From positions 608,001 to 672,000 of the forward strand of contig CAVRAO010000002.1 in assembly GCA_963719035.1 (NCBI GenBank): a DNA stretch of 64,000 nucleotides, read 5' to 3'. Source of the stretch: Methanobacteriota archaeon. Its GTDB lineage: Archaea > Halobacteriota > Bog-38 > Methanoflorentales > Methanoflorentaceae. Position 1 is the first letter of the stretch. Every line of letters starts with the position of its first letter. Below the pieces are notes generated by a model. It was not told the DNA's origin. It was given only the letters and a program-made list of their open reading frames with translations, and made no database searches. A program made the translations under genes and the position numbers. This document shows positions 1 to 9,551 of the stretch, one piece after another.

Positions 1-263
1 GCCTCGCGTGTGAATGATGAGGATCCACCGGCGACAGGAATCGCCGGAGCCAGTTCAGCATAGGAAAACGCTGTGCACGCATACCCGATAGCCGCTACCG
101 CGAGAGCAATTGGAGCGGTGCCCAATCCAAAAAAAAGCACTAATCCAAGCGCGATGTATATGTCAGCACCGACATCAGCATAGCCTATTGAAAATGAGCC
201 AAAGGCACCAAGGTCACGCTTGAGCGTCACCTCTTCTTCGACAATTACCTGGTCTGCACTCAG
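1..263 (-). CDS. APC-family amino acid permease, N-terminal part (runs off the window start)
   Basis: Manual minus-strand translation gives LSADQVIVEEEVTLKRDLGAFGSFSIGYADVGADIYIALG...SYAELAPAIPVAGGSSSF, with the LKR.LG and YAEL...P.AGG motifs of APC transporters. Not in the ORF track. Start codon uncertain (possible CTG at 263). Confidence 0.85.
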   Translation of the reverse strand, partial: MSADQVIVEEEVTLKRDLGAFGSFSIGYADVGADIYIALGLVLFFGLGTAPIALAVAAIGYACTAFSYAELAPAIPVAGGSSSFTRE

Positions 264-491
264 TTTGCGAACCCCCCTAGGTGCCGACGATGGCTTGGCT
301 TATTTTACTCGCCCCCTTATATTTAATCACTTTGATCCGTTATCGCGCTGTTTAGGCTTGAAAATGCTTGATAGGCCGCTGCTGCAAAATGCTATGCCCT
401 CTGCGCGTCGCAGGAGAGGATATCCGGAACAGGTTTATTTGTAATAACTGCAGATAAGACGACGACATTCAATTACGTGCTAGGTGATCGA

Positions 492-1094
492 ATGGAAACC
501 GCGAAGGAAATCTCCTTTCAAGAAGTCACTAAGTTCCACGGGCACATTTGCCCTGGGACAATCATAGGATACCGTGCCGCACAGATAGCAGTGCGAGAAT
601 TTTCGTCTAAAAAGGCAATCGATGAGGAGCTGATAGCCATCGTCGAAAATGACAGCTGCAGCGTCGACGCCATACAGGTTTTAACAGGCTGCACGTTCGG
701 GAAAGGCAATCTAATTTTTAAAGACTATGGAAAGCACGTGTATACGTTCATTAACAGGGGGACAGCAGACGCGCTGCGAATCTCTTTGAATAGTTCAGTT
801 AATCTCGAGGATTTGGATCCAACATGGAGTCAGCTGCGCAAAAAGGTGACTTCTGGTTCTGCCACTTCGCTTGAGCAGCAAGACTTCAGGAAGCGTGCAG
901 ACAAAATCGCCGAACAACTCATGAATATGCCTGAGGAGGATCTGTTTAACGTTACGCACATCGAAATCGCCAACGTTCCCAAAAAGGCACGCATATTTCA
1001 GTCAGTCGCGTGTCAGAAGTGCGGAGAGTCAGTTTCTGAGCATAGAGTACGACTGGAAAACGGAAAACTGGTGTGCATTCCGTGCTCCGAGTAG
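492..1094 (+). CDS. fmdE: FmdE-family protein with C-terminal zinc finger
   Basis: FHGHICPG, CSVDAIQVLTGCTFGKGNL, C-terminal CxxC...CxxC. ATG at 492 follows a GGTGA RBS. Confidence 0.9.
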   Translation: METAKEISFQEVTKFHGHICPGTIIGYRAAQIAVREFSSKKAIDEELIAIVENDSCSVDAIQVLTGCTFGKGNLIFKDYGKHVYTFINRGTADALRISLNSSVNLEDLDPTWSQLRKKVTSGSATSLEQQDFRKRADKIAEQLMNMPEEDLFNVTHIEIANVPKKARIFQSVACQKCGESVSEHRVRLENGKLVCIPCSE

Positions 1095-1144
1095 GACACG
1101 GGACGGCCTCTTTTAGGAGGTCAGCCCTATGCCAGACTTCAGCT

Positions 1145-1531
1145 TTATTTGGGCACTGAGCTCAGCTTGATGCCCAAGGCATCGGCGACACCCCTACCAT
1201 AGGCTTTGTCAGCCTTGAGGCAGTTGCCGATGCGCAGACCTTGACTTCTTCGGGGGCGTAGTCCAGCGCGCGGGCGGTATTTTCAAAGAGCACTTGCTGC
1301 TGCTCAGGGCTCATGAGGCGGAAGAGCAGACCGGGCTGGATATAATAATCCTCGTCATCCTCTCGGGCATTCCAGTGGTCGGCAGCGCCTTCCAGGCTGA
1401 GGGGCGGTTTCTTGAACTCAGGCTGCTCCTGCCACTCGCCGTTGCTGTTGGAGTCATAGGCCAGCGTGCTGCCGAAGTTACCGTCCACGCGGATGGTGCC
1501 GTCCCGGTGATAGCTGTGAACCGGGCAGCCT
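1145..1531 (-). pseudogene. katA: C-terminal fragment of a monofunctional heme catalase
   Basis: [20 protein letters not shown]...[32 protein letters not shown], then a frameshift into [20 protein letters not shown]. The N-terminal catalytic portion is missing. Confidence 0.85.
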
Positions 1532-1565
1532 GATAAGCTTCCTGCAATTTACTCTTCGCTTTGCG

Positions 1566-2093
1566 TTATTTGAGCAACACTACATTTCCCATCCCACGCC
1601 GCCTGCGCTCAATAAGACCCCTACTTTCGAGCCCGTAGAGCGCTCTACTAACGTTGGATTTCGGGAGACCGGTCTTTTCAACGAGCACACTCTGATTGAT
1701 GATTCCCTCGTCTATGATAGCTTTGTAGAGTATCTGCTCATCGTTTTTGAGCGTTTTTGCTACCTCTTCCCATCGCTGTCGTCGCTCTTCAACGATAACG
1801 TTCGCAGCGGAGTTAGTATCCACCGGACGTTCAACGTTGATTAGATCGTGCAAAAAAAGGTACGTGCCGCTCACGCTCATCATGATTAACGAAATAGAGA
1901 TCACCAAAATGTCGGAGTAAGTGAACAGCCCCGGAACCTGACTCATTATGACGGTATCCCCTTCAACAAGGATTTGCACAGGTGTCGGATTGAGAAATTT
2001 GAAAGCGAGCACCACGACTGAAGCGACAAAAATGACCGCTGCAAATAACGTCTTTCCGCTGATTCCCCCCTGCGGCATATATATAAACCTCAC
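1566..2093 (-). CDS. Membrane-anchored winged-HTH transcriptional regulator-like protein
   Basis: Two N-terminal hydrophobic helices and a C-terminal wHTH (INQSVLVEKTGLPKSNVSRALYGLESRGLIERRRRG). Confidence 0.8.
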   Translation of the reverse strand: MRFIYMPQGGISGKTLFAAVIFVASVVVLAFKFLNPTPVQILVEGDTVIMSQVPGLFTYSDILVISISLIMMSVSGTYLFLHDLINVERPVDTNSAANVIVEERRQRWEEVAKTLKNDEQILYKAIIDEGIINQSVLVEKTGLPKSNVSRALYGLESRGLIERRRRGMGNVVLLK

Positions 2094-2110
2094 GTGTCAG
2101 CTAGTATCAC

Positions 2111-2564
2111 TCAACCGTTGCACCCCGATCCATAACATGTAACCTGGTCTACCGAGATAACCTTTTCATTCGCTTCATCAATGTTGATCATGTAAAACTT
2201 GCCTTCGGTTTTCACGAACAGACCGGTCGTTTCGTTAGTGCGCTGACGGAGTTGGAGACGCTGTCAAAACGGCGATTGCCATAACGGTGTAGTTCTTTCC
2301 GGTAAGGAGTGAGCTTACGCGTTCATCTTTTTTTGCGATTTCAGTCAAATTATTTGCGCGCTGGTCAAATTGAGCCTGCTGTAGCGAAGTTTCATTTGAC
2401 AATTTCTGTGACGGTTTAACCACGCTGAAGTAATTATTGTTGCTTCCTGGCATCACCTTATATGCTCCAAGGACGATAATGCCAGCTCCCGCTATGACCC
2501 CTACAATGAGCAAAATGCTGAGCAATGCGAGTCGCCGCCGCAGTCTAGCATCCATCATCTTCAT
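2111..2564 (-). CDS. Hypothetical membrane-anchored or secreted protein, probably frameshifted
   Basis: N-terminal TM helix. The ORF stops at 2235, but a +1-shifted frame continues TNETTGLFVKTEGKFYMINIDEANEKVISVDQVTCYGSGCNG* to 2111. Confidence 0.55.
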
Positions 2565-2790
2565 CCTCAGTAAATGCGCTAAAAAAACTCGCTTTTCGGT
2601 TCAAAGAGTCCCTAGTTTGACGTTGGATATCTTGTGTGTGTATAGGTCTTATCCTCACCTTCTTGCACTTCATTTTTTCGGATAACTTACTACTTGTTTT
2701 TAACAATGCGGTTTCACTCTCAACCCAATCGCTTTTAGAGAACGTTTTCATGGCAAATCTGAACGATTTAAGAGTCGCTCTTGAACTGCT

Positions 2791-3540
2791 TCAACTGAAA
2801 TAATAAGGCAACGCATCATCTATCCTCTTGACGCCAACAACTGTTACGTTATAACCCTCTTTTTGGAGCTGAGCCTGCAAGTTAACGCCCCCAACAACGT
2901 TTATGGCCAGTGGAGAAGTAGTGCTTACTATAGTCTGACCGCTAGGAACAATGATTATTCGAGCACCGGCTCGTGCTGCCGCCTGTGCTTTTGGATATAC
3001 GCCGCTAACACTAATTACCGTTCCATTGCTACCAATTGCTCCGGTTCCGTACACAGAAGAATTAGTTTGCTGTTTAGTGAGGGCCGAATAAGTCGCTATC
3101 GCCATAGGAAGTCCGGCGCTCGGTCCATCGACCTCAGTTACTCCTTGAGGTACTTTAACGACGAATTCAAAGTCTCGCTGATCCTTATTAATCTGAGTCC
3201 TTTCTGCTGCAACTTCTACTGCATCTCTCGCCGTCGCTTGAAAATCTCCACCCGTCAGAGGCGCTGTTTCCACAAAGACGTGGCCAGTTCCAAGTTGCGT
3301 ATAAACAATAACATTAGATACAGTGCCCTTATAGACGCCGCTGTCATCATCGGATACGGCGAGCATATGCGCGGTGCCATAACTTGTGACGCTAGAGTTT
3401 ATTCCCAAAGGAGATTGGGAGGGGTTGAGTTGAGTGAGAAGTGGAACGTTAACCGTACATCCTACTGTCAAGACTGGCAAGAGCAGCAACAGAACGCACA
3501 AGATCGGTATTACGCGATGCGGTTTCATAGTCAAAGCCAA
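2791..3540 (-). CDS. Secreted/lipoprotein S16 (Lon protease domain only) serine protease
   Basis: DGPSAG catalytic Ser, GVYPKAQAA Lys of the dyad, lipobox-like VGC after the signal peptide, no AAA domain. Confidence 0.85.
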   Translation of the reverse strand: MALTMKPHRVIPILCVLLLLLPVLTVGCTVNVPLLTQLNPSQSPLGINSSVTSYGTAHMLAVSDDDSGVYKGTVSNVIVYTQLGTGHVFVETAPLTGGDFQATARDAVEVAAERTQINKDQRDFEFVVKVPQGVTEVDGPSAGLPMAIATYSALTKQQTNSSVYGTGAIGSNGTVISVSGVYPKAQAAARAGARIIIVPSGQTIVSTTSPLAINVVGGVNLQAQLQKEGYNVTVVGVKRIDDALPYYFS

Positions 3541-4223
3541 CCTAACCTCTCATAGCAATCTCGTGTGTTTTTATAATAACCTTTGCTGTTAGAGGGGCAT
3601 AACACGTGCCAAAAAACCCGCAGCGAGATGTAACGCAATTCTTCATTTAATCGAGCACGGCAATCTTCATTGCTGAGTTTCGATCCGATGCGGCAGCTAG
3701 ACCTCCTTGTACGGAGTCCCATTTTTTTCATCACTGTGCTTAGCCACACGTTATCCATCCGTGCCCTATTCAAGAAAAGGAAAAGGAGATGCGGCGGGAG
3801 CCTCCTAATAAGCTCAAGGGGGGATATAGCATTGAAGATTCCCGCCAAGTCGTTTCTCTATTAAGTACCGCTTGTTCAGTTGTACTTAGGAAGTTGCTGG
3901 TACTGCAACCCCAACATCACAATTGACAATCTACCTTATCTTTGATACGTGTGAAACTAGTTTCCAACTCGAAGAAAAAACCTATTCACTTTGTCGTATG
4001 CAGTTTTGTGGCTCCAACGTTTCTTGAAAGAGCAAAAAAAGTGGCGACTGTCGATAAAACTCCTCTCCAGTCGCCGAGCGAGAAAAACAAAAAGTGTGCG
4101 TAACAGCGTGCCACGTATTTTCGCAAATACCAGCTGCAGAGCCACGAAGATGAGCTCGTCACACCAGCTTTAGCTATTTGAGGTCATTGTCACATTCGTG
4201 CAGCCGTAGCAAAAGCTGATGAT

Positions 4224-4421
4224 TCACGTAGGGTGCGCTGGTTCAAGATCAAAGACGTCGTATACCCACAAAGTACGCTTTTGCCAGTCCTTACATAGCG
4301 CACTTTTCGATACACGATACTTTGCGGAAAGCTTTTCGAGGATGTCAGACATGTTCAGTTGAGCGACATACAAACGGTACATCTCTCGCCTCCTCGAATA
4401 CAATTCTTCTTTTTTCGTCAT
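4224..4421 (-). CDS. Small hypothetical HTH-like protein, possibly a truncated remnant
   Basis: 65 aa, basic and helical (LSAKYRVSKSALCKDW), ATG preceded by AAGGTT. No family recognised. Confidence 0.4.
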   Translation of the reverse strand: MTKKEELYSRRREMYRLYVAQLNMSDILEKLSAKYRVSKSALCKDWQKRTLWVYDVFDLEPAHPT

Positions 4422-4532
4422 GATTAACCTTAGTAGAGAGTCCTACATTTATCTGGAAAAGATTTAAACTTTTTCTGGAAACGAAGGTCATGAAGCGTGC
4501 GGATCAACTTTAAAGTGGATTTGATTGGGGGG

Positions 4533-5201
4533 CTACCACATCCAACCCTTCTCCATCCAATAGTCGTATTGATGGCTCCATGCCTCTTTATTTGCTTTCA
4601 CTAGTTCCCTGAAAAACTCACCTCTCTCGGCAATCGAGCTTTCCTGATCAGCGTAGTGACGCTTTCTCTCTATTGCGTCCGCAAGAGTCTGCCCGAGGTT
4701 GCGCGCTTCGGTAATCGCTGCATCAAGCGCGGCAGGGTTGCTGCCAACGGCAACGCCGACCTCGCTCACCGTCACTGCTCCCAAATCGTTCAGGAAATAA
4801 TTCATATAGCTAAGCACTTCGCTGATACCCGAACCCCCTGCCGTGGTCACAGCGCAACCATATTTCCCCACGAGCATTTGGCAATGGATTGCGTCAGCCA
4901 GGCGGTCAATCAGCGTCTTGAGTTGTGCGGTGACGCCATTAATGTACACCGGTGAGCCGAGAACGATCCCGTCGGCGCGCATCATTTTTTCCCACAATTC
5001 AGTGAGATCATACTCCTGAATGCACTCGCCTTCAGCGTAACAAACCGGACACCCTATACAATATTATATGTCCAATGCACCGATATCAACAAGTTCAGTT
5101 TCTGCGCCGCGCTCCTTCGCGCCGTCGAGGACAGCATTTACAAGTTTAAGCGTCCGAATGTTTTTCCCACGGGGACTGCTATTTATTCCAAGTGTTTTCA
5201 T
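4533..5201 (-). pseudogene. Iron-sulfur flavoprotein / multimeric flavodoxin (Isf/WrbA family) with an in-frame TAA
   Basis: Starts MKTLGINSSPRGKN at 5201. Reads LDI*YCIGCPVCYAEGEC (TAA at 5064-5066), then ADGIVLGSPVY...QLKTLIDR. Confidence 0.85.
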
Positions 5202-5305
5202 CTTTGCACCTCGATTACGTACAATATAGAGGTCATGTCATAATTAAGGTTTCAGACTTGCAGCAAACATACCTTTATCGTGTTTCTGTGAAAGACCAAG
5301 TTTGC

Positions 5306-5882
5306 GTGGTTGACTTCGATTCGTTTTATGAGGGCGCGCCACCGAGGGACATAGGTCGCCCTCAAAAAGAGTTCGTGCAGCTGGAAGAAGCGGGGGAAAT
5401 TGTAGGCTCCGTGCTTGATGTCGGATGTGGGACTGGAGAGAACGCGCTGTTTCTTGCGAGTCAAGGACATACCGTTTGGGGAGTAGATTTTAGCCCCATC
5501 GCGATCAAGAACGCACAGAGCAAAGCGGAGCGACGCAAGTTAAACGTAAACTTTCTCCTATGGGACGCATTGGATCTGCATAATCTTGGGAAAGCGTTAA
5601 TTCTATCATCGACTCGGGATTTTTCCACGTGTTGAGCGACAAAGAGCGCCCCCGTTTTATCACGAATCTTGCGGCCGTTCTCAATCCGGAGGGAACTTAT
5701 TTCATGCTTGTTTCAGCGATTTGGAACCCGGGACATACTGTCCTCGACGGGTTACGCTGGCCGAAATAAGGGGCTCATTTGAGCGTCCGCAGCACATTAA
5801 TTACATCAAGTCAGCGCAGAAGGCGGGCCGAAACCACCCCAACGGCATGCGCGCGTGGCTCTCGTCAATTTCGAAGGCGTAG
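5306..5882 (+). pseudogene. Class I SAM-dependent methyltransferase, frameshifted
   Basis: PPRDIGRPQ, VLDVGCGTGENA, GVDFS. Continues in other frames as IDSGFFHVLSDKER and SDLEPG..PRRVT, so at least two frameshifts. Confidence 0.8.
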
Positions 5883-6041
5883 TGGGGCGTGCGATTACAA
5901 GCGCCAGGACCCACCTGCCGTTAGATGTATTTACTCACTGCCTCCTACAGGCTTTAGCGCACATGAATTCTAAATTTCAAGTGTGGTAGACATATACGCA
6001 CAGAAACCAACTGCACCACCAATTGCCGTAGGAGGGCAATC

Positions 6042-6779
6042 ATGCACAGGAAAATCGCTAACGCGATAAAGTTGCGCGATGATCCGGTCGGTATTCTGCT
6101 TACCGATCACAAACCCGAAGGGGTTTTAGAGTTCACAAAAGAAAGCAAAGAGAGGAACCGCTGCGTCATGCCGTTGTTCGTGGCGGCCATGAACGGCCGC
6201 ACCGCCGTGCTCGAAAAAGAAACTGTCCTCTGTCCCGGTGAACAGGTAGGGCTGCGTTTCGCCCCATATCAGCTCGGCTATATCGACTACTTCCTTTCAA
6301 CCGGAAAGGCAGGTCAGTTTGAAGGCGAATACCGAAAGAAAACCCCTGAATTGGTGCGGGAGTTCATCAAAAACCCCCCCTCGATCAAGTTACCGACGCG
6401 CTACGTCGTTATGAAACCGCTCGCTGAGGTCACCGATGACGAAACTGATGAATTGGCGATCATCGTCTTCGTCGCGAACGCTGATCAGCTCTCGGCCCTC
6501 GCGACCCTAGCAAACTTCGATCGACCCACCAACGACAACGTTTCGACGTTGTTTGGCTCTGGATGCGGAAGCCTCGTGATGCAGGTACTGGAGCAGGCGC
6601 GCTCCGAACGGCCGAAGGCCGTCATCGGCCTCACTGACATTAGTGCACGTAAGTACTTCGACAAGAACGTGCTGTCATTCAGCGTGCCCTTCAAGCGGTT
6701 TCTCGCGATGGAGGCAAACGTCGACCAGAGCTTTCTTACCAAAGGGAGGGACTGGCCAAAAATCGTAGAACGGCTCTGA
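6042..6779 (+). CDS. DUF169-family protein
   Basis: Cys motifs (CVM, LCPG, FGSGC), ANADQLSAL and IGLTDISAR. GGAGG RBS. Confidence 0.8.
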   Translation: MHRKIANAIKLRDDPVGILLTDHKPEGVLEFTKESKERNRCVMPLFVAAMNGRTAVLEKETVLCPGEQVGLRFAPYQLGYIDYFLSTGKAGQFEGEYRKKTPELVREFIKNPPSIKLPTRYVVMKPLAEVTDDETDELAIIVFVANADQLSALATLANFDRPTNDNVSTLFGSGCGSLVMQVLEQARSERPKAVIGLTDISARKYFDKNVLSFSVPFKRFLAMEANVDQSFLTKGRDWPKIVERL

Positions 6780-6983
6780 TAGCCTAGGCAATCGTTAAAA
6801 AGCTTCAGTCGGGCTACAATTTCTTCGTTATTTGCAGCCCGACAGGATAGCGCCAGCGGATAAAAAAGATGTGAGCGACACTTATCCCATTCAACTCGGT
6901 TCAGAGCGCAGACGAACATGTTCTGTGGACGCACATCCACCCTGGCTAACTACAGCACGCTCCAGAGCCACGAGGCCTCAATT

Positions 6984-7343
6984 TTATTGAACGACAATCG
7001 TCCCCTTCATGTAGGTGTGGATGCTGCAGTGGTAGGGAAACGTTCCGGTCGCGTTGAACTGATACGCGTAGGTGCCACCCGTGCCAAACAGTGGTGATGA
7101 GAATACCTGGCTGTCTGAAGTAATCTGATGCTCGACTGAATTCTCGTTTCTCCACGTCACAGTCGCCCCTTTTTGAATCGTGAGCGTGGAAGGGCTAAAA
7201 GCATAATCTTTGATCCCGACCGTATTTTGACTCGCAGGGTTGGTAACCGGACCTGGACTCGGATTCGAGGTCGAGGTACAGCCAGCGATCAGCACGTTTA
7301 CGACCACTACATCAGCTAACACAAATAGAATACGTTTCTTCAC
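6984..7343 (-). CDS. Cupredoxin (plastocyanin/azurin-family) lipoprotein
   Basis: Lipobox IAGC and type-1 Cu ligands H...YHCSIHTYM. GTG at 7343 follows GGAGG. Confidence 0.88.
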   Translation of the reverse strand: MKKRILFVLADVVVVNVLIAGCTSTSNPSPGPVTNPASQNTVGIKDYAFSPSTLTIQKGATVTWRNENSVEHQITSDSQVFSSPLFGTGGTYAYQFNATGTFPYHCSIHTYMKGTIVVQ

Positions 7344-7485
7344 TTTTTTGCCTCCATATCGCACGCAAGCAGTTTGCGTATCTACCATCGCTTGTAATTG
7401 TTCGCTTGCTTATTCAGTCTTGTCCACGGAGTTCATCAGTAAATTGGGTTTCTGGTTGTGGAAAGGTATTTAACCAAAATCATGC

Positions 7486-8160
7486 ATGTCGGAAAAGATG
7501 CCTCTTCACGAGTCGCTTCTGCGTGCGTCGGTTGCATCAGCATACCTCGGCAGGTTTGACTACGACGTCACCCACTTCATTAGAGCGCTTAATAGCGGCG
7601 GCCCCGTTGACTCCCTCTTCTCATGGATCACATTCACCGGAACCATCATCTTTATGGTGCTCATCAGCACCTCTCTCTATCTCGCAGGTGCCCGCAAGGA
7701 AGCACTCGTTTTCACGATCGTCCTGATTATCACAACTGCGATAACGTTCGGGCTCAAGTATGTCATCGCGCGTCCGCGTCCGAGTGATTTGGGTGTAGTG
7801 CCCCAAAACCTGCCAGCGTTTCCAAGCGGTCACACGGCGAATGCGTTTGCGTTTGCCACGACGATTTCATCCTATCATCGAAAGTTCAACGTCGTGATGT
7901 TCTCGTGGGCATTGCTTGTCGCCTTAAGCAGAGTCTACCTTGGGCTACACTACGTTACCGACCTCATTGGTGGAGCGCTTGTCGGCATTACAGTAAGCGT
8001 CATCGTCACTCACGTTGCGAAACGCTTCGATGAAGAAGTAACGAGCATCGCCAACACGCCACCTGCACCGACAACTTGGCGAGAAGGATTTAAGCTGCCG
8101 GTCGTATTCGTCACACAGCTAGTTCAGGTGGGTTACGCTTTAGTTAAGAGGCGTACGTAG
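7486..8160 (+). CDS. PAP2-family membrane phosphatase
   Basis: K...ARPRP, FPSGH and SRVYLGLHY motifs. Confidence 0.92.
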   Translation: MSEKMPLHESLLRASVASAYLGRFDYDVTHFIRALNSGGPVDSLFSWITFTGTIIFMVLISTSLYLAGARKEALVFTIVLIITTAITFGLKYVIARPRPSDLGVVPQNLPAFPSGHTANAFAFATTISSYHRKFNVVMFSWALLVALSRVYLGLHYVTDLIGGALVGITVSVIVTHVAKRFDEEVTSIANTPPAPTTWREGFKLPVVFVTQLVQVGYALVKRRT

Positions 8161-8484
8161 CAAGATTTTACCCGACGTTCGACTTAGCGACGATATCTAT
8201 TTATGTGCGCCCCTGTATGGGGGGTGGTGCATGTTGCTAACGCAGGCCGTAATGGCCCTGAGCATTATCACCATCGGCACACAGTGTCGAGGCAGCGAGG
8301 TGTGATTTATCCAGAAGGAGTCCGGCACGTCGACGCTGCCCCTAGAACAGCGGTAGTGCTATATCTTTTAAGGTAGCGCTTTAAAATCGAAGAGCCCCGT
8401 CGAGAGGTTAAAGAACTATGTCCTGCAGAATCTAAGTATCAAGAGCAACCTGTATTATGAATATACTGGAGACAAGGCAACTAT

Positions 8485-9177
8485 ATGATTGACTTTTTCC
8501 TCAATTTCGACCAATACCTCCCGGGACTTGTCGAGGTTTACGGCTTCTGGATATATCTAATACTTTTTGTCATCATTTTCTGTGAAACTGGCTTCGTCTT
8601 CATGCCGTTCCTCCCTGGAGATTCGCTCCTTTTTGTGGCCGGCACGCTCGTGGGATCCACCGTTCTGAAGATTGAGCTTCTCTTCGTCTCTCTTTCTGTT
8701 GCAGCAATCCTCGGAGACACGGCAAATTACTGGATCGGCCATACTGCAGGGAAGAAGGTGCTGACTATAAAGTACTTCGTGGTAAAACACGAGCACCTTG
8801 AAAAAACAGAGAAGTATTTTCAGAAATACGGGGGGCTGACCATTGTCATTGCCCGTTTCATCCCATTCATCCGGACATTCGCACCATTCCTTGCAGGCAT
8901 AGGGAAGATGAGATACCGCTGGTTCCTGATGTACAACGTCGTGGGTGGAATTTTGTGGGTCTTGACTTTCCTCCTTGCAGGATATTTCTTTGGCAATATT
9001 CCAATCGTCAAGGATAATTTCCAGCTCGTGGTTCTGGCAATTATCGGCCTTTCCCTCTTTGTAGTCTTCTCGATGATCGTGGGGGCAATCCGCTCGCGCA
9101 GACCCCGCCCGGTCCCGACCGCCGATAATCGGAAGGCAATCAAAGCACTGGATGATCTGGAGTTTAAGGAGAAGTGA
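8485..9177 (+). CDS. dedA: DedA/VTT-family membrane protein
   Basis: ETG...PFLPGDSLLF, GDTANYWIG, ARFIPFIRTFAPFLAG. Confidence 0.93.
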   Translation: MIDFFLNFDQYLPGLVEVYGFWIYLILFVIIFCETGFVFMPFLPGDSLLFVAGTLVGSTVLKIELLFVSLSVAAILGDTANYWIGHTAGKKVLTIKYFVVKHEHLEKTEKYFQKYGGLTIVIARFIPFIRTFAPFLAGIGKMRYRWFLMYNVVGGILWVLTFLLAGYFFGNIPIVKDNFQLVVLAIIGLSLFVVFSMIVGAIRSRRPRPVPTADNRKAIKALDDLEFKEK

Positions 9178-9183
9178 GGAAAC

Positions 9184-9367
9184 ACTTTTTTAGCATCATT
9201 CCCATGGTGCCTGTTTAGCATACATAGGCGCCCTCTTAGGCCCCCATTGGACGGACATCCAAGGCTTATTCATTTATCTTGACATTGCAGTTATTGTGGG
9301 TATCGTCGTCCTCGTTGCGTACCTTATTTATCACCGAGAGCGAATTGTGTCACACATACGCTCGTAG
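9184..9367 (+). pseudogene. C-terminal remnant of a second DedA-family gene
   Basis: TFLASFPWCL, then a frameshift into LAYIGALLGPHWTDIQGLFIYLDIAVIVGIVVLVAYLIYHRERIVSHIRS*, matching the DedA W..LAY.G..LG..W tail. Confidence 0.6.
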
Positions 9368-9551
9368 GAGGAGTCTTCTCGGTAAGTTATCTATGGCAAG
9401 GTTCTCGAGGGCGTTCTTAATTCCTTTGAGGCAAAAGTACCTTTAGGTGAGCGTTCGAAGCGCGCGAGTGCAGCAGCCTGGCATCATCTGCGGGGGTATC
9501 TTTTTACGCGCTCAAACAACGACTGGGTAAAGGCGAGATGGCAAGGCGGAG

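Noticed and set aside
2863-3555. Long antisense ORFs (e.g. 2863-3555, 45700-46473, 50383-51027, 33139-33669)
   Set aside because: These are shadow frames opposite well-supported genes, with no motifs.
3531-4173. Short ORFs at 3531-3848, 3670-3864, 3957-4145 and 3991-4173
   Set aside because: No recognisable domains, overlapping on both strands, atypical composition.
5064-5066. In-frame stop in the Isf flavoprotein as recoding
   Set aside because: It is TAA, which ends many genes here, at a non-catalytic position.
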